DNA of 64,000 nt from Candidatus Omnitrophota bacterium (GCA_016929115.1 JAFGJL010000010.1:331-64330), one strand, 5' to 3'; shown: positions 1 to 9,544, numbered from the stretch's first letter. Notes: generated by a model from the letters alone, not told the origin. Translations and numbers: made by a program.

Positions 1-24
1 AGGTTTTGCCAGGACTATCTTCAT

Positions 25-723
25 CTAATTTACGAACCTGTATTTTAACAGCGTGGCGAGCGCCGAGATGCCGTGCTTCCAGGATATCTTCTTGCCCTCG
101 GCGTAGCTCCTGCCGTAATACGATATCGGCATCTCGTAGATGCGCAGCGACTTATTCTTCAGTATCTTCGCTGTCAGCTCCGGCTCGACCGAAAAACCGT
201 TCGAGCGTATGGTGATGCCGTCTACGACGCTTCTCCTGAACATCTTGTAGCAGGTCTCCATGTCGCTGAGCGTGGAATTGTACAGGAAGTTCGTAAGAAA
301 AGAGAGGAAGTTATTGCCCATCTTGTGCCAGAACATGTGTACGCGCTGCGGCTTGCCGCCGGAGAGGCGCGAGCCGTAGACGACGTCGGCCAATCCTTCC
401 TGTATGGGCTTGGCCATCTCGATAAACTCCTGGGGGTCATACTCAAGGTCCGCGTCCTGGACCACGACCACCTCTCCGGAGACGCTCTTGAAACCGGTGC
501 GCAGCGCCGCGCCCTTGCCCGAATTCTTCTCGTGCAGGATCACCCTTACTCTGGGGTCGAATTTCGCATCGCGCAGGACATCCCTTGTGCCATCGCCGGA
601 ACCGTCGTCCACGACCACTATCTCCTTGACGATGTCAAGCTTCAGCACCTTATCGATTATCTTCAGGACCGTGTTCTTCTCATTGTAGACCGGCATCACG
701 ACAGATAGAAACTGTTTATCCAC
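25..723 (-). CDS. GT2 glycosyltransferase, DPM1-like polyprenol-phosphate glycosyltransferase
   Basis: SVVMPVYNE, VVVDDGSGDGT, NSGKGAAL, QDADLEYDP, DMETCYK and GRSYAEGKKI motifs; GTG start with GAGGAG RBS. Confidence 0.9.
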   Translation of the reverse strand: MDKQFLSVVMPVYNEKNTVLKIIDKVLKLDIVKEIVVVDDGSGDGTRDVLRDAKFDPRVRVILHEKNSGKGAALRTGFKSVSGEVVVVQDADLEYDPQEFIEMAKPIQEGLADVVYGSRLSGGKPQRVHMFWHKMGNNFLSFLTNFLYNSTLSDMETCYKMFRRSVVDGITIRSNGFSVEPELTAKILKNKSLRIYEMPISYYGRSYAEGKKISWKHGISALATLLKYRFVN

Positions 724-741
724 GTCAAACTCCTCTTTTTT

Positions 742-789
742 ATGAACTGATGGCCGAATCAGCTCATGAGCTCATGAGCTGATTCGCAA
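742..789. repeat. Degenerate 8-bp tandem array containing a perfect 32-bp palindrome (755-786)
   Basis: Units ATGAACTG ATGGCCGA ATCAGCTC ATGAGCTC ATGAGCTG ATTCGCAA; CGAATCAGCTCATGAG|CTCATGAGCTGATTCG is its own reverse complement. Confidence 0.9.
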
Positions 790-798
790 ACCTTCATT

Positions 799-2217
799 TT
801 AATATGCGATTTCATACTTCCCTTTTCTCTTCTTCCTTTTAAGAAGGCCGAGGCCTTTCAGCGTATCCTTGACAAGGTCCTCGAAGGCCTTCCAGTAGTA
901 CCGGTGGTATTTCAACGCGTCGACGAGCGCTAGAGTCGAAAGCGGCTTTCTCTTATCGAGCGCGTCATGGAAGATATTGAGGGCCGTCTTTGAGTTCTCC
1001 GCGGTGAATATCTTCCAGTGGTAATCGGTCAGCCAGAAATCGTCGTCGATAAAGCCTATCTTCTTGGCATGCTCGTACAGCTCAGTACCGGGAAGGATCC
1101 TTAGCCCGTTCGCGAGCCCCACCTCATCCGGCCCTGTCCTGTTCAGGAAATCGATCGTTTCGTTTATAGTTCGCCTGGTCTCGCCGAGATTGCCTACTAT
1201 GAGGAGGGCGGATGTCCTTATGCCCATCGTCTTCGTCATCACTATCGCCTTCTCCGAAATCCCGACGTCGACCTCTTTATGCATCTTTTTCAAGAGTTCC
1301 GGCGAGGCCGATTCTATACCGAAGCATATCTTGAAGCAGCCTGCCTTTTTAAGGGCGGCCAAAAGGTCCGGGTCGATGCAATCTGCGCGCGATACGATCT
1401 CAAAAGTTATCCTCAGCCCGCGCCGCGTTATCTCTTCGGCCACCTCTTTTGCCGCGCGTCGGTCCGCCGTGAAGAGGTCATCGTTAAAATTGAAGCGTTT
1501 GGCGCCGTATGTCTTATTGAGCATCTCGATCTCATCGACCATGTTCTTAGCGGACCTGCGGCGCCACCGTTTCCACAGGAGTTTGTCGGCGCAGAATACG
1601 CAGCGTCCTATGCATCCGCGCGAGAATACCACCGGAACGCACGGCTCGGCGGCGAGATCGATACCGTTATATCTACCGGACCCTTCGGGCGGATATTTGC
1701 CGATGTCGATCAGTTCCCACGCGGGGAACGGCACATCATCAAGGTTCGCGATAAGTGGCCGCTCGGGGTTCAAGCGGACTTCTTTGCCTTCCCGATAAGC
1801 TATACCCTGAATGTCTTTCAAGTCCTTGCCCTGGCACATCTCCAGAAAGGTGATCTCGCCTTCTCCCCTCGCCACAATATCGACGAACGGGTAGTGCTCG
1901 AGAAGTTGCCGAGGCATCAGCGTGGCGTGGGCGCCGCCCAGGACGACGAGCGTCTTCGCGTCCGCCTTTTTGACCGCCTCCGCCACTTTAAGCGCCTTAA
2001 CGCGGGAATAGGTGTGGCATGTGATACCGACGATCGTGGGTCGGTACTCCCTCATCTTCTTCTCTATTCCGTCCCATCCGGCGATGTAACCGTCGATAAG
2101 ATCGACGGGGATAGAGTTCTTCTTCAGCACCGCCGCAAGATATAAAAGCCCCAGAGGCGGCGTCGAATAGTCACCCCGTCCTGATTCCGGAGGGTTTATG
2201 AGGAGGACTCTTTGCAT
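799..2217 (-). CDS. Cobalamin-binding (class B) radical SAM protein
   Basis: PPLGLLYLAA, GGAHAT, GEGE B12-domain motifs; SRGCIGRCVFC; GIESAS. Start moved to ATG 2217 (GGGAG RBS). Confidence 0.9.
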   Translation of the reverse strand: MQRVLLINPPESGRGDYSTPPLGLLYLAAVLKKNSIPVDLIDGYIAGWDGIEKKMREYRPTIVGITCHTYSRVKALKVAEAVKKADAKTLVVLGGAHATLMPRQLLEHYPFVDIVARGEGEITFLEMCQGKDLKDIQGIAYREGKEVRLNPERPLIANLDDVPFPAWELIDIGKYPPEGSGRYNGIDLAAEPCVPVVFSRGCIGRCVFCADKLLWKRWRRRSAKNMVDEIEMLNKTYGAKRFNFNDDLFTADRRAAKEVAEEITRRGLRITFEIVSRADCIDPDLLAALKKAGCFKICFGIESASPELLKKMHKEVDVGISEKAIVMTKTMGIRTSALLIVGNLGETRRTINETIDFLNRTGPDEVGLANGLRILPGTELYEHAKKIGFIDDDFWLTDYHWKIFTAENSKTALNIFHDALDKRKPLSTLALVDALKYHRYYWKAFEDLVKDTLKGLGLLKRKKRKGKYEIAY

Positions 2218-2969
2218 AACTCCCTGTATTTTGCCCACTTAAGGAAATTTATGAACGCGAACAATACGGCGAATAGAAGCCCGTAAAACCCTTCCCTGTA
2301 GCCCTTCTTCTTGAAATACGCCTTCCAGAATATCTTGAATGAGCGGCCCATCATCTCTTTGCGGATCTTCTTCTCGCTCAAAACGCCTTTTTCCTTCAAT
2401 AAGTCTTTTGCCGCGATATCCGTATAGCGGTTCTGCCTGTTTATGAACTGGCTTATCGAATCGAAAGGGTAGTGCTCGATATCCGCCTCGATCGTGCCCA
2501 TCGCGCCTTTATAGACGGGCACCTCATGGACCTCGCCCTCGAAACGGACGAAGCGCCTGTTGAGGAAGTTCGGGATATAGTGACTCCACCCGCCATTCTC
2601 CATCGCGTGCCCGAGGAAGAAGTTCTTCCGGCGGAATTTGTATATTACGGTATCGCCCTTGTTTTGCGAGAGCGCATCCTCCGCCTTGAGGCGGAAACCA
2701 TCGGTCACGATGTCGTCCGCGTCGAGCGTCAGGACCCAGTCATTGCGGGCATTGTCATTGCCGACGTTACGGTCGTCGGCAAAGGCGCCCGTGAACTTGT
2801 GCGGCACTACCTTCGCGCCGTAGCCCTTCGCTATCTCGACCGTCTTATCGGTCGAGAGGCCGTCCACGACGATGACCTCGTCGACCCACCTGATCGACTC
2901 GAGGCACTTCGCGATGCGTTTTTCTTCGTTCTTCGCGATAATTACGGCTGATATCTTCGGCGCGCTCAT
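2196..2969 (-). CDS. GT2 glycosyltransferase, KdtX/WaaE beta-1,4-glucosyltransferase-like
   Basis: ISAVIIAKNEE, VVDGLSTDKT, WVLTLDADD, VHE, GYREGFYG; start at ATG 2969 overlapping upstream stop (ATGA). Confidence 0.88.
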   Translation of the reverse strand: MSAPKISAVIIAKNEEKRIAKCLESIRWVDEVIVVDGLSTDKTVEIAKGYGAKVVPHKFTGAFADDRNVGNDNARNDWVLTLDADDIVTDGFRLKAEDALSQNKGDTVIYKFRRKNFFLGHAMENGGWSHYIPNFLNRRFVRFEGEVHEVPVYKGAMGTIEADIEHYPFDSISQFINRQNRYTDIAAKDLLKEKGVLSEKKIRKEMMGRSFKIFWKAYFKKKGYREGFYGLLFAVLFAFINFLKWAKYRELCKESSS

Positions 2970-3742
2970 ATCTTCGGCTGGTTTTTCTCGTTCTCCAGCA
3001 TCTCCCAATATTTCACATAACTCATGAACTGGTAGGCGGCGCCGGCCCAGGAGACGATGAACCCGAGGAAGCCGTCCTTGAAGCCGCCTTTCTGGATATA
3101 CGCCTTGATAAAGCGGCTCGCCCCCTTGCGGTACATCTTGATGAAGTTTATCCTGCGCCTTTCCTTGAACCATTTCTTCGCCTCGAGAGTCGTCTGATTG
3201 TTCAGGCTCTGGAAAAAGTCGTGGAAGTCGCGGTACGAATAGTGGATGATGTCGCCTTTCAGGTGCCCGCATGTGCCGTCGATGAACACCCTGGGATGTA
3301 CCTCGGCTTCTTCATACTTGAACGAGCGCCGCTCAAAGAGCCGTACCTTCGGCGCCGGATACCAGCCCGCATGCCTGATCCAGCGCTTGCCGATGTACGT
3401 CTTTATCGGGATGGTGTAGGCCTTGTGCGGCTCAGGCCCGGCCTTGAATAGGCCGGCTAGTTCCGCGATGATCTCGGGACTTATACGTTCGTCAGCGTCA
3501 AGGCTCAGCGCCCAGTCGTTCCTGGCAAGGCTATAGGCGTAGTTGCGGTGCCTTCCCTCGATGTCCATCTTGCGCGAAAATACCTTGTCGGTGTAGCGCT
3601 TGGCGACCTCAACGGTCTTATCCGTAGAATTGTCGTCGAGCACGATCACCTCATCGCATCCTTGCGCGCTCTTCAGGCACTCCGCAATATTCTCTTCCTC
3701 ATTCTTCGTAATCACTACAACCGATATAGGTATTTTGTCCAT
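2966..3742 (-). CDS. GT2 glycosyltransferase, KdtX/WaaE-like
   Basis: ISVVVITKNEE, LDDNSTDKT, WALSLDADE, GWYP, GGFKDGFLG. Confidence 0.9.
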   Translation of the reverse strand: MDKIPISVVVITKNEEENIAECLKSAQGCDEVIVLDDNSTDKTVEVAKRYTDKVFSRKMDIEGRHRNYAYSLARNDWALSLDADERISPEIIAELAGLFKAGPEPHKAYTIPIKTYIGKRWIRHAGWYPAPKVRLFERRSFKYEEAEVHPRVFIDGTCGHLKGDIIHYSYRDFHDFFQSLNNQTTLEAKKWFKERRRINFIKMYRKGASRFIKAYIQKGGFKDGFLGFIVSWAGAAYQFMSYVKYWEMLENEKNQPKI

Positions 3743-3761
3743 TATCTTTCCTTATTTTGAG

Positions 3762-3799
3762 ATTCCACCTACGCGGTGTTAACACCGCGTAGGTGGAAT
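3762..3799. repeat. Perfect 38-bp palindrome without loop, intergenic
   Basis: ATTCCACCTACGCGGTGTT|AACACCGCGTAGGTGGAAT; both strands translate to LTPRRWN in the ORF track. Confidence 0.95.
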
Positions 3800-3805
3800 T
3801 ACCCG

Positions 3806-4825
3806 CTAATAATACTGTATCTTCGCCTTGTGAATGAACGAGAATTGCTCGAGCACCTTGCCGAAGCGCTCGTCGTCGACGAATATCCTGTCGAACTTCT
3901 TCTTCTTTTTCAATATGTTGAACAATACCGCCAGATGGAAGCGCTCGGACGGCATGCTCTTCACGATGATGTTCGAATGCCTCGGCGCGTCGAACGGCCC
4001 CTTCGAGAAGCACCAGACCCAGTTGCCGCCGCGCGCCAGTTTCATGAACTCGTTATTGACGTGGTTCAGCGTCAGGTCATCGAACGAGTCGAGCACGTAC
4101 GCCACGCGCGCTGGCCTGCCCCACCTGAACTCGTATATCTCCTTGTTGCGCTTAAAATCCTCTTCGAACGTCTTTGCCTTGTTGAACGAGCCGTGTTCCC
4201 TGTGGTACACATAGGCGCCGCACGCGCGGACGCATTTAAAACCTTCCCTAACGGCTTTGCGCGAAAAATCCGTGTCCTCGAAGTTGCCCATGCCGTATAT
4301 CTCGTCGAAATAGCCTATCTTCCCGATCACGGCCCGCGTTATGAGCATGCAGAAGCCGATCGCCGCGCCCAGTTCGACGTAAGCGCCGGCCTCTCTTCGG
4401 AGCTTCTCGGCATAAAGCTCGACCGGCTCGCCGGGTTCAGGCCTTTGGCCGAGATTGTTAGAAGACGGGTTCACAATGCCTATATCGGCCGACTTCTCCG
4501 CGATGGCGATCATTTCGCCGAGCCATCCTTTAGTCACGAGAGTATCATTGTTCAAAAGACAGACATAAGGCGCGCTTGACGCGCGCATACCCTGGTTCGC
4601 GGCCTTTACGAATCCGGTGTTCGCCTCGTTCCGGATGAGAAGCACCTTGTCGCCGTGCGACTTCGCAAGCGACTCGAGATAACTCTTCGTCTTCTCCTCG
4701 CTCGCGTTATCGATGAAAACGATACGGTACTCCGCGCCGGTATATTTAAAGATGGAATCGACGCAGTCGGCGGTAAAAGCGAGCTGGTTCCAGACAGGTA
4801 TTATTATGTCGCACTTCGCGCTCAT
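3806..4825 (-). CDS. GT2 glycosyltransferase with uncharacterised C-terminal domain
   Basis: CDIIIPVWN, FIDNAS, GFVKAANQG, LLNNDT, GNFEDTDF; start ATG 4825 (ATGA overlap). Confidence 0.88.
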   Translation of the reverse strand: MSAKCDIIIPVWNQLAFTADCVDSIFKYTGAEYRIVFIDNASEEKTKSYLESLAKSHGDKVLLIRNEANTGFVKAANQGMRASSAPYVCLLNNDTLVTKGWLGEMIAIAEKSADIGIVNPSSNNLGQRPEPGEPVELYAEKLRREAGAYVELGAAIGFCMLITRAVIGKIGYFDEIYGMGNFEDTDFSRKAVREGFKCVRACGAYVYHREHGSFNKAKTFEEDFKRNKEIYEFRWGRPARVAYVLDSFDDLTLNHVNNEFMKLARGGNWVWCFSKGPFDAPRHSNIIVKSMPSERFHLAVLFNILKKKKKFDRIFVDDERFGKVLEQFSFIHKAKIQYY

Positions 4826-5868
4826 GGTTGATCCGTTTTCGCGATCGCGTCGATTATATCGACGACGCGGCATTCGTCCTTATCCGCGTTGAAATAATAG
4901 ACTTTCGGCCTGACTTTCGAAAGTACCTGGCAGAGCACCGCGTCATCCGTAAAGACGGCGGCGTAACGCTTCGTCTTCTGCTTTGTCCAGTTCAGGCCCA
5001 GAAAGAACGGCGCGATGACCGCGGTGACAAGCCCCGGCCACTTCTTGTAACGTATGTTTATATGCTCCAGGCCTGCCCTGGCAGCGCCGTTCCACACATA
5101 GACGATGTGCTGTCGCCTGGCGAGCGACAGCAATATATCGAAGAAGCGCCTGTCCCTCGCCTTTGTCATGACGAAGGCGACGTTAAGGCGCCTGCCCCAT
5201 TTCTTGTAGAAGAGCGCCTTGTTCTTCTCGTGGAGCTCGAGCCGCTCGGCCTCCGCGAAAATATCCTTGAATGTGGAATCGCGCAGATGCTCGACATAGA
5301 CATCGTTCGCCCTCACGCACTTAAAGTGGGCGCGCAGCGCCCGCACCGAGAAGTCATCGTCGTCATAGTAGCCCAGGCCGTAACCCTCATCAAGGCCGCC
5401 GATCTTTTCGAGCACTTCCCTTTTTACAAGGATGCAGTAACCACGGCAGAAATCCACCTCGATATAGGGCTTATCCGACCGCTGCCTTACCTTCACCTCG
5501 AACCTCGGGTTCACGAGACCTATATCCGGTTCTGTCGCGGCAACGGCGAGGAGCTTCGAAAGCCAGCCCTTCGTATGCACAACAGTGTCGTTGTTCATGA
5601 CGCAGATGTACGGTGTTGAGGAAAGTTTTATGCCCTGGTTGACCGCCTTCACCCAGCCGAGATTCTCATCGTTGCGCACCAGGATAACGTTACCGTTGGA
5701 GCGCTTGAAATCCTCGAGAAATCCTTTTATTTCGCCTTTCGAACCGTTATCTATCAGGATGAGCCTGTACGGCGCGGTCGTGTTGGCTTGGATGCTCTCG
5801 AGGCAGTTCTTCGTGAGCTCCAGTTTGTTGTATACGGGAATGATGATGTCGCACTGCGCATCAGGCAT
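4822..5868 (-). CDS. GT2 glycosyltransferase with uncharacterised C-terminal domain
   Basis: CDIIIPVYN, LIDNGS, GWVKAVNQG, MNNDT, GYYDDDDF. Confidence 0.88.
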   Translation of the reverse strand: MPDAQCDIIIPVYNKLELTKNCLESIQANTTAPYRLILIDNGSKGEIKGFLEDFKRSNGNVILVRNDENLGWVKAVNQGIKLSSTPYICVMNNDTVVHTKGWLSKLLAVAATEPDIGLVNPRFEVKVRQRSDKPYIEVDFCRGYCILVKREVLEKIGGLDEGYGLGYYDDDDFSVRALRAHFKCVRANDVYVEHLRDSTFKDIFAEAERLELHEKNKALFYKKWGRRLNVAFVMTKARDRRFFDILLSLARRQHIVYVWNGAARAGLEHINIRYKKWPGLVTAVIAPFFLGLNWTKQKTKRYAAVFTDDAVLCQVLSKVRPKVYYFNADKDECRVVDIIDAIAKTDQP

Positions 5869-7033
5869 ATTTTTTACGCTTCTCTTTTATGGAGAGGGCC
5901 GCCTCCTTCCCTCTTTCAAGCCAATCGTCGCATTCATCCTGCACCGAAAGCCGTTCGACGAAGGTATTGACCGCCCTCGCGCAAATAGCGAGCGGCCCGG
6001 CCACGGCATCGTCCAGTATCACGACCGCGTCGAAGCGCTTGTCGCGCATCCTTTTGCGGATCCGCTCGACGAGTTTGCCCGAGAGCGTCAGGCCGAAGAG
6101 CGGCTTCGGCAGATTGAAACGGTCGATCCTTATGTTCTGGTGCGGCGCCAATCCCTTTTTCGCCAAAACGGCCATCACCATCTCATCCAGCTTCTTGGCG
6201 TCGGCCGCCGTGTTTACCCAAAGATGGACCCATGTCCATTCCCGCGCGAGACCATAGGCCAGCAGGACCGCCTTTTGCAGCGTCATGGCATCATTGGCAG
6301 CGATAGAGACGGCCAGGCCGATGCGCAGGTGCTTGCCCCACTTTTTATAATAGATCTTCTGGTTACGCCTGACCCAATGCTCGCGGTTACCCGCCTTATC
6401 GAACGACGCATGGATGCGGTGGTAGACGTAGGCGTCATGGATGGCGACGGAACGGTAGCCGGCATTGTGGGCCCGCATCGAGTAATCGGTATCATCATAG
6501 CCGCCGATGCCGAACGCCTCGTCGAGATACCCTATCTTATTGATAAGGTCGCGCTTTATGAGCATGCAGAAGCCCTGGCACTGGTTCATCTCCATGTACT
6601 TGCCCTTGTTCTTCGCCAGCTCCTCCGCGTACGCTTCTATCGCCTTATCGCGGTGCCCGCCGCATACGGGGTTGATGAGGCCCACATCGTCGTGGCTCGC
6701 GGCAAAGTCTATCATGCGCTCGAGCCATCCCGGTCCGGGTATCGTGTCGTTATTGAAGACGCAGATATAAGGCGCGTCCGACAGCTTCATGCCCTGGTTG
6801 ACGGCTCTTACGAACCCCGCGTTCTCGTTGTTGCGTATTAGCCGCACATCGATCTCCTTGCCCAGCGCGCCCGGCTTCGCGATACCTTCGAGATATGCCC
6901 TTGTCTCGGCGTCGCTCGCGTTATCGATCAGGATGAGCCTGTACGGATACGCCGTGTTCCTGACGATATGCTCGACGCACTGCTTAGTGTGGTCGAGCTG
7001 GTTCCATATGGGTATGATGATGTCGCATTTCAT
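5861..7033 (-). CDS. GT2 glycosyltransferase with uncharacterised C-terminal domain
   Basis: CDIIIPIWN, LIDNAS, GFVRAVNQG, FNNDT, GGYDDTDY. Confidence 0.88.
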   Translation of the reverse strand: MKCDIIIPIWNQLDHTKQCVEHIVRNTAYPYRLILIDNASDAETRAYLEGIAKPGALGKEIDVRLIRNNENAGFVRAVNQGMKLSDAPYICVFNNDTIPGPGWLERMIDFAASHDDVGLINPVCGGHRDKAIEAYAEELAKNKGKYMEMNQCQGFCMLIKRDLINKIGYLDEAFGIGGYDDTDYSMRAHNAGYRSVAIHDAYVYHRIHASFDKAGNREHWVRRNQKIYYKKWGKHLRIGLAVSIAANDAMTLQKAVLLAYGLAREWTWVHLWVNTAADAKKLDEMVMAVLAKKGLAPHQNIRIDRFNLPKPLFGLTLSGKLVERIRKRMRDKRFDAVVILDDAVAGPLAICARAVNTFVERLSVQDECDDWLERGKEAALSIKEKRKKYA

Positions 7034-7047
7034 AGTCGTTAGCCATG

Positions 7048-7121
7048 TTTAGCGTTTAGCGTGGAGCGTATAGAGAAAAATCCCCACCCTATACGCTAAA
7101 CGCTATCCGCTATACGCTAAT
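7048..7121. repeat. Inverted heptamer-repeat element, intergenic
   Basis: Left arm TTTAGCG TTTAGCG TGGAGCG TATAGAG (7048-7075); 11-nt spacer; right arm CCCTATA CGCTAAA CGCTATC CGCTATA CGCTAAT (7087-7121). Confidence 0.85.
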
Positions 7122-7132
7122 TCATGCGCTCC

Positions 7133-8464
7133 TTATATAATACGCTGTAAAAAGTGCTTTATACGCCGCTCGATTATAAAATCGGCTTTCCGCGCGAGAC
7201 GGACGGATACGAAACGCTTTTTCGATTCGACAAGGGCTTCCTGCAGGAATTTGTAGTCGATCCCCTTTATCTTGGGCGCGTTCGGCGAACGGGCGAAGTC
7301 CGAATGCGACCTTATGAGCGACAGGCCGTTCTTGACGCAATAGTCGTAAAGGTCGCTTCCCGGATGGGGCGTGAAGAACGCGGGGCTCGGCCGGTAGGGC
7401 TTTATCTTCTGTATCATCCTTACCGTGTCCATCGCCTCCTCTTTCGTCTCGGTCGGCATGCCGAGCATGTAATTCGCCCATATCCGGACGCCGTGCTTTT
7501 TGCAGATCCTCGCGGCGCGATAGTTCATCTCAACCGTAGTCCCCTTGCGCAGGAAATTCAAAACGCGCTGGTTGCCGCTCTCGAAACCTATCAAGTACAT
7601 CGCGAGGCCGGCCTTCTTCATCAACCGGACCATATCCTCGTTCTTGCAGATTATATCGGCCCTTGACTGGCAAACGAACGGCTTCCGGAACTTGCGTCTC
7701 CTGTATTCGTCGCAGAACCGGATCACCCATTTGCGGTCCTCTGTCAGGCAATCGTCATGGAACATGAAACTCTGGAAGTCGTATCTTTCCCTCAAGAGCT
7801 CCAGCTCATCTATGACATTGGCCACGCTCCTTCGCCTGACTTTACGGCCGAATATCTTCCGCTCAGCGGGCTGGCAGAAGCTGCAGTTGTAGACACATCC
7901 GCGGCCCGCTATCACCGTGACGAAGGGCCGCCTCAGGAAATTCTCGATCGGTGATTCCTTGAAGCGGAAGAGCTCGCGATCGGCGAACGGCAGCGTGTCA
8001 AGGTCGGGATGCTCGCCGGTGATGACTCGCTCGCGCGGCCTGCAGTTCTCGATATCCTCGAGCAGTTTAAGGAAGGTCGTTTCGCCTTCGCCGACGACAA
8101 CGTAGTCGATGTTCGCGCCGGCCGCCACCTCCTCAGGCAGGATGCTCGGATGAGGCCCGCCGGCCACCACGACGATGTTCCTGTCGACTGATTTCGCGAT
8201 GCGCGCCGCCTCCATCGCCGGTTCGTAATCGACGCTCATCATCGTGACGCCGAGGACCTGCGGCTTAAGCCGCGATATCTCGCCGCGCACATCATCCCAG
8301 CCGGCAAGTTCCCTGAGGTCAATAAGGCTTACGTCGTGGCCCACCGCCTTGGCGCAAGCGCTCAAGGACGAAAGGCCGTGGTTCATCCAGCTGTATTCGA
8401 CCGGCGCCTTCGCTGTGTTGAACCCGGTCTCAGATATCCCCGGGAATACGAGCGTGACTCTCAT
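7133..8464 (-). CDS. Cobalamin-binding radical SAM protein
   Basis: GGPHPS, VGEGE, GRGCVYNCSFC, GFESGN, PHPGS. Confidence 0.9.
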   Translation of the reverse strand: MRVTLVFPGISETGFNTAKAPVEYSWMNHGLSSLSACAKAVGHDVSLIDLRELAGWDDVRGEISRLKPQVLGVTMMSVDYEPAMEAARIAKSVDRNIVVVAGGPHPSILPEEVAAGANIDYVVVGEGETTFLKLLEDIENCRPRERVITGEHPDLDTLPFADRELFRFKESPIENFLRRPFVTVIAGRGCVYNCSFCQPAERKIFGRKVRRRSVANVIDELELLRERYDFQSFMFHDDCLTEDRKWVIRFCDEYRRRKFRKPFVCQSRADIICKNEDMVRLMKKAGLAMYLIGFESGNQRVLNFLRKGTTVEMNYRAARICKKHGVRIWANYMLGMPTETKEEAMDTVRMIQKIKPYRPSPAFFTPHPGSDLYDYCVKNGLSLIRSHSDFARSPNAPKIKGIDYKFLQEALVESKKRFVSVRLARKADFIIERRIKHFLQRII

Positions 8465-9542
8465 TTTTTATGTCTTCCATGAAGCGGTCGATGTGGCGTG
8501 TCACATCGGCCGGTTTTATGCGGTCAAGGCATTTGAATGTATCGCAGGCGTTATGCTTGAAATTCCTGTAGCAGGGCCTGCATGCCTCGTCGCTCGTCAC
8601 CGTGACGAAATCCGCCTTCTGCGGATACGGCCCGTATATCCGCTCATCGACCGGGCCGAAGATCGATATGGTCCGTTTCTTCAGTCCCACAGCTATATGC
8701 AACGGGCCGCCGTCATTCGTGACGATGAGATCGCACCGGTCCAGAAGCGCGGCGAACTGCCCGAGCGACGTCTTGCCGCACGCGGTGACCGGCCGCGCCT
8801 TCATCTTCGCGTCGACCTCATCGCATATCAGCTTCTCCCTCTCGTCCCCGAAGATAGCTATCTTGCAGTCATACCTCTCGGCAGCGTAGTCGGCCACCTC
8901 GGCGAACTTCGAGGGCAACCATCGCCGGTACTTCGCGTTCCGGCCCCAGCTTGCACCGCAACCCGGAATGATGCCGCATACGCAGTCATCCTTATTGATG
9001 CCATGCTCAGCCAAAAAGCGCTCTGCCCATCGCCTGTCCTCATCCGCGACACAGACCTCTATGCACTTATCGGAGACGTCGATACCAAGCGGACGCCCCA
9101 GGTCCAGGTAATACTCGATGACGTGTTTGCCGTTAAAACCCTCCAGCATGATCTTATCGGTCAAAAACTTGCCACGATCCCTGTAGTTAAACCCTATGCG
9201 CCGCCGTATATGGGTAAAAGCTGCCAGGAGCAGGCTGCACTGATAGCCCAGCGACATATCGATAGCTACGTCGTAACCGGCCCTGTCCAGCGTCTTCAGG
9301 AGGCCATAAAGGGCCTTCAGGCATCTTAGCTTCGATTCCTTCCATAATTTCCGGTAGTCGTCCTTCTCGAATATATGGATGCCCGATATCTGGGGATTGT
9401 CCTTTATGATGCCGTAGGCCCTTTTGTTGCAGACGTAATCGATAGAGGAATCTGGGTACGCTCTTTTAAGCGCTCTCACAAGAGGCGTCGAAAAGAGGAC
9501 GTCCCCTACGCCGAACGGGTTTATGATGAGTATCTTCTTCAT
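8430..9542 (-). CDS. GT9 glycosyltransferase (LPS heptosyltransferase-like)
   Basis: GVGDVLFSTP, RRW, GKTSL, TNDGGPLHIA, IFGP, C-terminal CRPC..C..C. Confidence 0.9.
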   Translation of the reverse strand: MKKILIINPFGVGDVLFSTPLVRALKRAYPDSSIDYVCNKRAYGIIKDNPQISGIHIFEKDDYRKLWKESKLRCLKALYGLLKTLDRAGYDVAIDMSLGYQCSLLLAAFTHIRRRIGFNYRDRGKFLTDKIMLEGFNGKHVIEYYLDLGRPLGIDVSDKCIEVCVADEDRRWAERFLAEHGINKDDCVCGIIPGCGASWGRNAKYRRWLPSKFAEVADYAAERYDCKIAIFGDEREKLICDEVDAKMKARPVTACGKTSLGQFAALLDRCDLIVTNDGGPLHIAVGLKKRTISIFGPVDERIYGPYPQKADFVTVTSDEACRPCYRNFKHNACDTFKCLDRIKPADVTRHIDRFMEDIKNESHARIPGDI

Positions 9543-9544
9543 AT

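Noticed and set aside
7048-7121. Possible CRISPR array or tRNA
   Set aside because: Units are 7 bp with no spacers, there are no cas genes and no cloverleaf
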